Source of the DNA: Rickettsiales bacterium | GTDB lineage: Bacteria; Pseudomonadota; Alphaproteobacteria; Rickettsiales; UBA3002 | DNA: 35,471 bases | Reading direction: 5' to 3' | Assembly: GCA_947441895.1 (NCBI GenBank) | Contig: CANEUT010000001.1 | Location: forward strand, 1 to 35,471 | Shown: positions 26,376-33,524 of the stretch, one piece after another | Layout: each line of letters starts with the position of its first letter | How positions within the stretch are numbered: the first letter of the stretch is position 1 | The notes under the pieces: model-generated | Seen by the model: the letters and a program-made list of their open reading frames with translations, nothing else | Database searches by the model: none | Told to the model about the DNA's origin: nothing | Made by a program: the position numbers and the translations under genes

Positions 26376-27335
26376 ATGACCCGCCGCCTGCGCACCGCTG
26401 TTCTCATTTCCGGTAACGGCTCCAACCTGCAGGCGATGATGGATGCGGCGAGCGCGGCGGATTACCCGGCGGCCATCAGCTTAGTGCTGAGCAACAAGGC
26501 CGACGCCTTCGGCCTCACCCGCGCCAAAAACGCAGGGGTTGAAACCGTCATCATCAGCCACCGTGACTACCCCGACCGCGAAGCGTTTGATAAAGCCATG
26601 GACGCCGCACTGCGCGAAGCCAAGATTGAATTGGTGGTAATGGCCGGGTTCATGCGCATCTTGTCGGACTGGTTCGTGAACGCATGGGCGGGCAAGCTGA
26701 TCAATATTCACCCCTCGCTGCTGCCAAAATTCAAAGGCATGCACACCCATCAACGCGCCATTGACGCGGGTGAGCGCCAACATGGCTGTACCGTCCATTG
26801 GGTGATTCCAGCGCTGGATTCCGGCGAAATCATCGGCCAAGCCGCCCTTGAAATTTCCCCATCCGACACCGCCGACACCCTCGCCGACCGCGTGCACGCG
26901 CTGGAGCATGTGCTTTACCCCGAGGCCGTGAAGAAAGTGGCAGTTTCTATACGAAAGAATCGCGACTATTTTGTTGAGGGCTTTCCTTTTGAAAAAATTA
27001 ATGCGCTGCTAAATCTCAACATTACACATAACGCAGTTCGTGTGCACAAACCATTGTGGCATAAAATTGCCACCTACCATCCGGACTCAAAGGACTTGGT
27101 AGAGCATTACCTTGATGCAACGATTGCTGATCCAGAGTATATTGGCCAAGCGCCAAAACATTTTGAAAATATAGAGCTTTTACGCCATACACCTTTGGGA
27201 ATTCTGCTCGTTGCAGTGAAGATTCGTAATACTAAAGGGTTTTATTGTCGTCCCATTATCGCCAGCGCCTACAAGATAGAGCCAGCCAAACTTCGCAACC
27301 GTATACAAAATAGTAGGGTTCACCGACTTAAATAG
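26376..27335 (+). CDS. purN: Phosphoribosylglycinamide formyltransferase (PurN) fused in frame to a ~125-aa C-terminal extension of unknown function
   Basis: AGGAG lies at 26365-26369. The PurN core reads AVLISGNGSNLQA..ISHRDY..LVVMAGFMRIL..INIHPSLLPKFKGMHTHQRA..GCTVHWV..LDSGEIIGQ..HALEHVLYPEAV and ends near aa 190. The ORF continues without a stop to aa 319. Confidence 0.85.
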   Translation: MTRRLRTAVLISGNGSNLQAMMDAASAADYPAAISLVLSNKADAFGLTRAKNAGVETVIISHRDYPDREAFDKAMDAALREAKIELVVMAGFMRILSDWFVNAWAGKLINIHPSLLPKFKGMHTHQRAIDAGERQHGCTVHWVIPALDSGEIIGQAALEISPSDTADTLADRVHALEHVLYPEAVKKVAVSIRKNRDYFVEGFPFEKINALLNLNITHNAVRVHKPLWHKIATYHPDSKDLVEHYLDATIADPEYIGQAPKHFENIELLRHTPLGILLVAVKIRNTKGFYCRPIIASAYKIEPAKLRNRIQNSRVHRLK

Positions 27336-27360
27336 AAAAGGACGCCGAAGCGTCCTTTTT
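27336..27360 (+). terminator. Rho-independent terminator (symmetric A-tract/T-tract, potentially bidirectional)
   Basis: AAAAGGACGC-cgaa-GCGTCCTTTTT lies immediately after the purN stop (27333-27335). Confidence 0.75.
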
Positions 27361-27527
27361 GGGATTTAGGCAGGTGCCAATCTGCATCTCTTGGGGCTTG
27401 CGCCTTAATTACCATCACTGGTGTGGCGGGTGGCCGTTCCGCCCTCTAAATCCCGACTTGAAGAACATTGTAACATGAGTTGCGCCAACGTGCAACTTTT
27501 GCATGCAACACCTTATAATGCCTTCAA

Positions 27528-27950
27528 TTATCCTACGATTTCGGTGCCCGAGAAGAAGAAGGCGATCTCAGCGGCGGCGTTTTCAACCGAGTCGGAACCG
27601 TGAACGCTGTTGCGCTCGATCGATTCAGCGTAGGTTTTGCGAATCGTGCCATCGGCCGCGTTGGCGGGGTTGGTGGCGCCCATCAGGTCGCGGTTGGCCA
27701 GCACGGCGTTTTCTTTCTCCAGCACCTGAACCACGACGGGGGCGGTGATCATGTAATCCACCAGCTCACCATAGAATGGGCGCTCTTTATGCACGATGTA
27801 GAACTGCTCGGCCTGGGCGCGGCTCAGGTGAATGCGCTTTTGCGCAACAATGCGAAAGCCAGCGGCTTCGAACATGGCGTTAATAGCGCCGGTCAGGTTG
27901 CGCTCGGTCGCATCAGGTTTCAAAATCGAAAGCGTGCGTTGAACAGTCAT
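27528..27950 (-). CDS. ndk: Nucleoside diphosphate kinase
   Basis: 140 aa: [82 protein letters not shown]. Confidence 0.95.
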   Translation of the reverse strand: MTVQRTLSILKPDATERNLTGAINAMFEAAGFRIVAQKRIHLSRAQAEQFYIVHKERPFYGELVDYMITAPVVVQVLEKENAVLANRDLMGATNPANAADGTIRKTYAESIERNSVHGSDSVENAAAEIAFFFSGTEIVG

Positions 27951-28033
27951 CGTCGTACTCCATTGGTTATAAAAATTCAGTCGCGGGGGTCATTAAGGGA
28001 TAAGACCTAAGGGCGCAAGCTTTAGTTTTTATA

Positions 28034-28221
28034 GAAGGGGGCGCGAGCCCCCTACGCTCACGCTTACCCCCGCGCTGTCGCGGCTCGCCTTACGGCTACG
28101 CACCGACTATTCAATCGTTTGCAGTGTACCCAGCGTAGCGCTTTATGGCGCGAGCCGGAGCGTTAGCGAACGAGGGGGAGCGGCAGCGGGGGCGACTTCG
28201 ACCCCACGCGGCTACGCCGCT
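28034..28221. repeat. Full copy of the palindromic intergenic repeat (hairpin-arm-loop-arm-hairpin); the most complete copy
   Basis: The left end has the hairpin GGGGGCgcgaGCCCCC and the arm ..GGCTCGCCTTACGGCTACGCA (to about 28102). The loop is about 28103-28132. The right arm is GCGTAGCGCTTTATGGCGCGAGCCGGAGCGTTAGCGAACGAGGGGGAGCGGCAGCGGGGGCGACTTCGACCCCACGCGGCTACGCCGCT (28133-28221). Confidence 0.9.
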
Positions 28222-28283
28222 AAATTCTGTTGTATTCACGCCACAGACGCGCTAGTGACAATCCCCTACAAAAACAAAACATT

Positions 28284-28366
28284 GTCATTCCTGCGAAAGC
28301 AGGAATCTCAGGCCTCAATCACCATCGGTGGGTTTGGCCTTAGATCCCCGCCTTCAGGGGGATGAC
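28284..28366. repeat. Two short hairpin (REP-like) units upstream of the OmpA-family gene
   Basis: The units are GTCATTCCTGCGAAAGCAGGAATC (28284-28307) and GATCCCCGCCTTCAGGGGGATGAC (28343-28366). They are the same unit types as at 18891-18996. Confidence 0.8.
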
Positions 28367-28387
28367 GGGATAAAAAAGGTTCCGGCA

Positions 28388-29245
28388 ATGCATAAGATTG
28401 TGCTCGCGCTCCTCAGTCTAGTGGCGCTTACCGCTTGTGATACCACACGCTCGCTGAAAGAGCTGCGTCACGCCACGCCCGTGGGCGATGCCTATCATGT
28501 GGCCCTTGCCAGCGGCTACCAAACCTTCGCCGAAGATAAAGTGCTGCGTTACGACTGGTGGACCTCGAAATATTTCGCCGATAAGGGCCTCATGGCCGCC
28601 TATGGCCGTGACGTGGAGCCGGAAGAGCCCACTGGCTGGGAAATTCCCCAAACCATGATGAGCCAGTTCGACGACGCCCGCACCAAGCTGCGCGCCGCCA
28701 TTGTCGTCAATCAGGAAACCCAGCCTGTGCTTACCGCAAAAGCCGTCGTGCTTTATGACCGCTGGGTGGAAGTGCAAAGCAACAAGTGGGACGTGGTGCG
28801 TATCGATGAAACGCGCGACGCATTCTTCGCTGCACTGGCCAAACTGGAAGAAGCGCACGTGGCCGAAGGCAGCACCGTGCCCGCACCCTCCACCCCACGC
28901 GCCGCGCCGGTCGAGACCACCAGCACCATTCTCTATTTCCCGTTCGATAGCGACACGCTAAGTGATGGCGCCAAAAACGCGCTGGCAGAGCTAGTGAAAT
29001 ATGTTCAAGGGGCAGGCAATGTGGCCATCTCCATCAACGGCCATGCCGACCGCGCCGGAGCGGAGACCTATAACATGGACCTGTCGCAGCGCCGCGCCCA
29101 GTTTGTTATGAAAGCGTTGGAAGCCGCCGGTGTGCCTGCCAACGTCATGCAATATTTTGCCTTTGGTGAAACCGACCCCGCCGTGCCCACCGCCGACGGC
29201 ATGCAGGAACCCCAAAATCGCCGCGTCGAGATATATATCGAATAA
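28388..29245 (+). CDS. OmpA/MotB-family peptidoglycan-binding lipoprotein
   Basis: From ATG 28388 the protein has a lipobox signal, MHKIVLALLSLVALTAC. The C-terminal OmpA domain reads ILYFPFDSDTLS..ISINGHADRAGAETYNMDLSQRRAQFV..NRRVEIYI. The track start at 28328 is GTG read-through into a repeat unit. Confidence 0.85.
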   Translation: MHKIVLALLSLVALTACDTTRSLKELRHATPVGDAYHVALASGYQTFAEDKVLRYDWWTSKYFADKGLMAAYGRDVEPEEPTGWEIPQTMMSQFDDARTKLRAAIVVNQETQPVLTAKAVVLYDRWVEVQSNKWDVVRIDETRDAFFAALAKLEEAHVAEGSTVPAPSTPRAAPVETTSTILYFPFDSDTLSDGAKNALAELVKYVQGAGNVAISINGHADRAGAETYNMDLSQRRAQFVMKALEAAGVPANVMQYFAFGETDPAVPTADGMQEPQNRRVEIYIE

Positions 29246-29247
29246 TT

Positions 29248-29434
29248 GAAGGGGGCGTTCCGCCGCCCTTCGCGCCTACGGCGCTGACCCCCTCGTTCGC
29301 TAACGCTCCGGCTCGCCATGGAAGGCTACGCGCGATTCTTCTAACGTTTGTAGAGTCATTGCGTAGGCGTAAGCCGAGCCGCAAAGCGAGGGGGAGCGCT
29401 AGCAGGGGCGGGACGCCCCCTGTGGCGTAGCCAC
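29248..29434. repeat. Full copy of the palindromic intergenic repeat; it starts 3 nt after the OmpA-family stop
   Basis: The left part is GAAGGGGGCGTTCCGCCGCCCTTCGCGCCTACGGCGCTGACCCCCTCGTTCGCTAACGCTCCGGCTCGCCATGGAAGGCTACGCG. The loop is ATTCTTCTAACGTTTGTAGAGTCATT, which is the reverse complement of the loop at 20692-20719 with a few changes. The right arm is GCGTAGGCGTAAGCCGAGCCGCAAAGCGAGGGGGAGCGCTAGCAGGGGCGGGACGCCCCCTGTGGCGTAGCCAC. Confidence 0.9.
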
Positions 29435-29475
29435 TAATAGGTGACAAAAACCTCTCCCCGCGCTACCACCAATGC

Positions 29476-30384
29476 ATGATTGACCTGCCCGACATTCTTT
29501 CCACCCTCGCCCTGCGTGCGCAGTGGTTGGTGGTCATTATCCTCATCGCGTTTGTGGTGGGTGAATTGGTGGCGCGTGGCAGCTTTATTAACGCCATTAC
29601 CTACCGCATCAACCGCTTCATTGCCGCTCTCGGCCGCAGGCTCGACCGTACCCATCGCAACACCGCCACCCGCGTCTATCGCGGCATGATCACTCTGTTT
29701 ATTCTTCTTATTCCAGCCTTGGCGCTTGGGCTTACCCTCGCCCAGCACCAGCCATGGGTGGAATGGCTGTCGCTCATCGTGCTCATCGCCGCCATTGGCC
29801 GGTCGCTGGCCACGTTTCACCTTGCGCGCTTAGGGCGCGAGGCGGCACGTGGCACCCTGAAACTCGAAATTCCAGGCCTCAGCTTCCTGTTTGCCGATAC
29901 CCACGCCGTCATGCGCTATGCCATCCTCACCAGCGCGCGTGATTTTGCGGTGGGGGTAGTGGGCACCAGCTTCTGGTATCTGGTGGGGGGCATGCCGCTG
30001 GTGCTGGCTTATCTCACCCTTGCCGCTGCCGCCCATCATTATACCACCCACGCCTTTGGCTGGGCAGTACGGTCGGTTTTTCAATTGCTTAACTTCATCC
30101 CCCACGCCATCGCCGTGGCCGTATTGGCCCTCGCCGGGTTGTTTGTGGTGGGTGGCAAGCCACTGGCCATGCGCCGCGCCAAACATTTCCACGGCGCCAT
30201 TGCCTATGTGCTCGGCATATCGCTGGGTGGACGGCTGCCAACGGCTGAATTGCCATGGGAAGGCCACGGTACGGCCAAGGTGGAACCCACCCATTTGCTG
30301 CGCTGGCTGCTGCTGCGCAGCGTGGCCATGCTGTTGCTCATGTTGCTTCTCGCCGCCCCGCAGATTGTTAAGCTTTTGATGTAA
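29476..30384 (+). CDS. cobD: CobD/CbiB-family membrane protein (adenosylcobinamide-phosphate synthase-like)
   Basis: 302 aa polytopic protein. ..AILTSARDFAVGVVGTSFWYLVGGMPLVLAYLTLAAAAH.. and ..FGWAVRSVFQLLNFIPHAIAVAVLALAG.. match the CobD patterns (..E..SDGVVAPLFWF.LGG..A.AY...NTLDSM.. and ..FGW.AAR.DD.LN.IPAR..). There are no other cob genes in the window. Confidence 0.6.
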   Translation: MIDLPDILSTLALRAQWLVVIILIAFVVGELVARGSFINAITYRINRFIAALGRRLDRTHRNTATRVYRGMITLFILLIPALALGLTLAQHQPWVEWLSLIVLIAAIGRSLATFHLARLGREAARGTLKLEIPGLSFLFADTHAVMRYAILTSARDFAVGVVGTSFWYLVGGMPLVLAYLTLAAAAHHYTTHAFGWAVRSVFQLLNFIPHAIAVAVLALAGLFVVGGKPLAMRRAKHFHGAIAYVLGISLGGRLPTAELPWEGHGTAKVEPTHLLRWLLLRSVAMLLLMLLLAAPQIVKLLM

Positions 30385-30412
30385 CAGGTTAGTCTCCTGA
30401 CTAACCTGTTAC
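30381..30412 (+). terminator. Perfect 14-bp stem-loop containing the cobD-like stop codon (possible terminator; no T-tract)
   Basis: GTAACAGGTTAGTC-tcct-GACTAACCTGTTAC, read directly from the sequence. Confidence 0.4.
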
Positions 30413-30483
30413 GCCGCTCTCGCGGGCTGATGGCTCGCTCGCCCAGCTCGCTTCTTTGTTTTTCAATCGGTTGGATGATTCGT

Positions 30484-30560
30484 GCGTAGCCTTCCATGGC
30501 GAGCCGCGTAGCGAGGGGGAGCGAAGCGGGGGGAACTTTCCCCCTGTGGCGAAGCCAGCC
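30484..30560. repeat. Half copy (single arm plus terminal hairpin) of the palindromic intergenic repeat
   Basis: GCGTAGCCTTCCATGGCGAGCCGCGTAGCGAGGGGGAGCGAAGCGGGGGGAACTTTCCCCCCTGTGGCGAAGCCAGCC. I see no convincing opposite arm upstream. Confidence 0.85.
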
Positions 30561-30569
30561 AATCTCAAG

Positions 30570-30600
30570 ATTCATCCGTGGGCGCGGCCCACGGATGAAT
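30570..30600. repeat. 31-nt perfect palindrome
   Basis: ATTCATCCGTGGGC-gcg-GCCCACGGATGAAT. Confidence 0.8.
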
Positions 30601-30671
30601 CGTCACACAATCTTCACGGGCAATTACCCTCAAAAAGCATAGAATAAGACTAGAAATTCAGGAGTTTTTGC

Positions 30672-32036
30672 ATGGCGGATATCACGCCACAATCACCTAT
30701 TATTACCAACCCGCCCGATGGGAATAGCCCCAGTGCGCCTACTGTTGCGCCTGCGCCCAGCCTTGCCCTTGCCACCACCACCCCGTGGGCGGCTGTAGGC
30801 AGCGCGCGGCCACCCCATACCAAAACCGAATCGACCCTCGCCCCCACTTCCGAATTCATGCGTTATGTGCTGGCGGCACTGCCCTCTCGCTACATCTTGC
30901 GCGGCGGTTTTGGTCTTGCCTTTAACGCGCCGAGCACGCGTGGCCATGGGATTGGTAAAGCCATTCTTGATTTTTTCGGCAAGCCAGGCGATTTCTTTCA
31001 TCTCAAGCACAACTGGAGCCGTGATCGCGCGGAAGCTGCCGGCTATAACGCCAGCCTTGGTATCGGTAGCCTTATTCTTACCACCAGCTACAGCGCCACG
31101 GTTTACAGAGACATCAAAAACATTTTCAGCGAAGCCGTGGGCGAAGAGTTTGGCAAGCCCGCCAGCGAAGTAAATTTCAACGATATTCAAAACAGTAAAA
31201 ACAAGATTGTCCAAAAAACGCTCGATAACTTTTGGCAAAAGCTTGCGGGTCGCTTGGCGATTGATAGTCTTTTTATACCCGCCTCATTCTTGCGCAACAC
31301 GGCCGCGGGCGATCTGGTGTTGGGCTTAAAAGGCGGCGCGCTGTTTCTTGAAACATGGAAACGTAAAACTACCATGTTCGAAGATCTGGTGACCTTCGTG
31401 AACAATAAAATCAATCCCAATAACGGGCTTGGACAGCCCATTGTTATTGGCGAGGTGTTCGACCTTTACCAACATTATACCAACCAGTTTCACCCCGATA
31501 AAATGTTCGGCAACGTCCTCGAGCAAGGTGGCGAAGAAGGGTTGCGTTGGAGCAAAAGCCAACCCATTTTCCAGCGCATGACCGAGTTGATGAATAATAC
31601 CTATGCCTACAAACACCAAACGGTTATCGACCCCGCCACTGGGTTTGCCGCACGGAATGCGAGTTTTGGTTTACCCAAATTCATCTACATGCTGGGCCAC
31701 GACCTGATTGATCCGGCACTGCCCGAGCAAACCATGGCGCTGATCGAGATCGCCAATGCACGTGGCATTCCTGCCGTCAAAGAAGCGCAAAAAATGCTAG
31801 CCTCGGGCATCAACCTGAACGAAGTGATGGGCCATTATCAAATAACGCTGGAGGCCCTAACCAAGCCCGCCACAAGCATGAGTGAGAAAAATGGTGTCCT
31901 TCCCAAAGGATCAACCATGCAGCTCGATGCTGCACCCGCCACAGCGAAAGATCACCCCGTCACCAAAATCAGCGTAGAAACCATCCGCGATCATGGCCTC
32001 CCCGATAAAATGCCAGCCCTGCAGGCTGCCACCTAA
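30672..32036 (+). CDS. Hypothetical protein with a Pro/Ala/Thr-rich N-terminus; no recognisable domain
   Basis: 454-aa ORF. AGGAG (30660-30664) lies 7 nt before ATG 30672. There is no signal peptide. The first ~60 aa are low-complexity, and two moderately hydrophobic segments occur at about aa 125-145 and 205-230. Confidence 0.65.
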   Translation: MADITPQSPIITNPPDGNSPSAPTVAPAPSLALATTTPWAAVGSARPPHTKTESTLAPTSEFMRYVLAALPSRYILRGGFGLAFNAPSTRGHGIGKAILDFFGKPGDFFHLKHNWSRDRAEAAGYNASLGIGSLILTTSYSATVYRDIKNIFSEAVGEEFGKPASEVNFNDIQNSKNKIVQKTLDNFWQKLAGRLAIDSLFIPASFLRNTAAGDLVLGLKGGALFLETWKRKTTMFEDLVTFVNNKINPNNGLGQPIVIGEVFDLYQHYTNQFHPDKMFGNVLEQGGEEGLRWSKSQPIFQRMTELMNNTYAYKHQTVIDPATGFAARNASFGLPKFIYMLGHDLIDPALPEQTMALIEIANARGIPAVKEAQKMLASGINLNEVMGHYQITLEALTKPATSMSEKNGVLPKGSTMQLDAAPATAKDHPVTKISVETIRDHGLPDKMPALQAAT

Positions 32037-32081
32037 GCACTATAGTCTTTTAATTAAGAATTCACCAATCCATAGCAAAGG

Positions 32082-32105
32082 GCCGCGCCACATCCGTGGC
32101 ACGGC
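32082..32105. terminator. Imperfect hairpin between convergent genes (possible bidirectional terminator)
   Basis: GCCGCGCCAC-atcc-GTGGCACGGC forms 10 bp with one mismatch. The flanks are AT-rich but there is no clean T-tract. Confidence 0.3.
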
Positions 32106-32129
32106 GCTTAATTATCAATCAATAAAATA

Positions 32130-33503
32130 CTACTCGGTCAGGCGCAATTTAATGAGGGCCTTACCAATCGCGCTATATACTTCTTTCAGCTTGGCTGTAT
32201 CACCATACTTAACCTCAAAGGCGTGGGAAGGATCAGTCGCACACTGAGAAAATGCATCAATAATCTGCTCACCACCGGCGTCCATATCATTTCGATCCAC
32301 ATCAAGTAGTACGGTATAAATTTCAACACCAGCTTCTTTCAACTGCTTACACACCCCTTGCTTGGCACCACCACCCACCAATTGTAAATGGTCGGGGTTG
32401 TAAGAATATAAATAGTGGTTGCGGAAATTGCCCGCCGGCCAATTGGTGTAGCAGCATCCAAGGTTGGCCGAATCGGTCATCATAATTAAAATCTTTTTGG
32501 TATTTGGCGCACCAAAATCAGCCGGTTTCTCACCACCAAAAATATCATGATGACGCGGATCAAGCATCAGGCCTGAAAGCTGCGCAGCAAGGGCGCTACG
32601 CTTCCAGGCAGGGCGGTTGAATTCTGTGCCATCACCTTTAGTAATGCTGTTAATACTCTCAAGCAGCGCTTTTTTGTCGGCCTCGTTAGCAATTGCCTTC
32701 AGGGGAATCACACTTGGAAGCGGTCCTGATCCTGCCTCAGCATCGCCCAGATTGGTGAAATAGTCGGTACCATAGCCTGCATCTTTTTCACCTTGATACA
32801 TAAATTCAGGCACTGCCGCAGGGTTCGGCACTTTAATTTTATAGGTAAAGGGCACAATGCCTACTTTGTAGGCCGCCTTGCCTTGCGCGTCGGCGCTATA
32901 GCCCACACCAATATTGGTAATCTGGCTTAAACCTTCTTTCATCATCGCAAGTTTTTGGCAGCTACGATCTGGCACAAAATCAACCACCGTTTTGCCATCT
33001 ACCTGCTGCGTACGTTGGAAATTCGCGCACATGGTGCCCGACACATCGACCATGGCTATAATTTCACTGACAGTGCTGGTATCAAACTGCACAGTGGCAT
33101 TATGCTCCAGGTCAAACTGGCTCACGCCAACAATGCCCGCAATCGCGGTTTTGAGAAAGCCTTTGGCCTTGGCGGTCCAAATGGTGCCGTTATTCGAAAC
33201 CGTGACACTGAAGCTTTCAATCACCACATTTTTAGCAGTCTCATTCATGTTGGTGGTTAAATATTCTGTTGCATAGGCGGTGGGGTTGTCACTATGGGCA
33301 GCAGCGGCGGCCAACACTGCTTGGTCAACGGCATTGGTAAAGCGCGACTTGGCTGAAGCGTAGTTCGAGATTTCAAACACAAGGCCGGTCACCGACATAA
33401 TGGCCCCAAGGCCGATAGCCACCATAAGCAATACCGATCCGTGCTGGGCCTCGCGCAAGCGATGAAGCAGATGGCCAAAACGTTGGGTTGAAAAATGCAT
33501 CAT
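32130..33503 (-). CDS. TadG-like pseudopilin with a von Willebrand factor A domain
   Basis: 457 aa. The TadE/G-like N-terminus is GSVLLMVAIGLGAIMSVTGLVFEISNYASAKSRFTNAVDQAVLAAA. The MIDAS-like motif is IIAMVDVSGTM, and ..KILIMMTDSAN.. follows downstream. GGGAGA lies 8 nt before the ATG. Confidence 0.8.
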   Translation of the reverse strand: MMHFSTQRFGHLLHRLREAQHGSVLLMVAIGLGAIMSVTGLVFEISNYASAKSRFTNAVDQAVLAAAAAHSDNPTAYATEYLTTNMNETAKNVVIESFSVTVSNNGTIWTAKAKGFLKTAIAGIVGVSQFDLEHNATVQFDTSTVSEIIAMVDVSGTMCANFQRTQQVDGKTVVDFVPDRSCQKLAMMKEGLSQITNIGVGYSADAQGKAAYKVGIVPFTYKIKVPNPAAVPEFMYQGEKDAGYGTDYFTNLGDAEAGSGPLPSVIPLKAIANEADKKALLESINSITKGDGTEFNRPAWKRSALAAQLSGLMLDPRHHDIFGGEKPADFGAPNTKKILIMMTDSANLGCCYTNWPAGNFRNHYLYSYNPDHLQLVGGGAKQGVCKQLKEAGVEIYTVLLDVDRNDMDAGGEQIIDAFSQCATDPSHAFEVKYGDTAKLKEVYSAIGKALIKLRLTE

Positions 33504-33524
33504 CGTCGGTCTCCCAGACTGCTA

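Noticed and set aside
27361-27454. tRNA or tRNA-like gene suggested by the 9-bp terminal inverted repeat
   Set aside because: Neither strand gives a 7-bp acceptor stem with a D-arm, an anticodon arm and a GTTCRANYC T-loop at proper spacing. The candidate T-arm has a 4-5-bp stem with an 8-9-nt loop and no TTC. It is kept only as an unexplained structure in the findings.
1896-30600. CRISPR array as an explanation for the recurring palindromic sequences
   Set aside because: The copies are tens of kilobases apart, sit in separate intergenic regions, are long (80-190 nt) and are inverted-repeat structured. There is no regular repeat-spacer periodicity and no cas gene.
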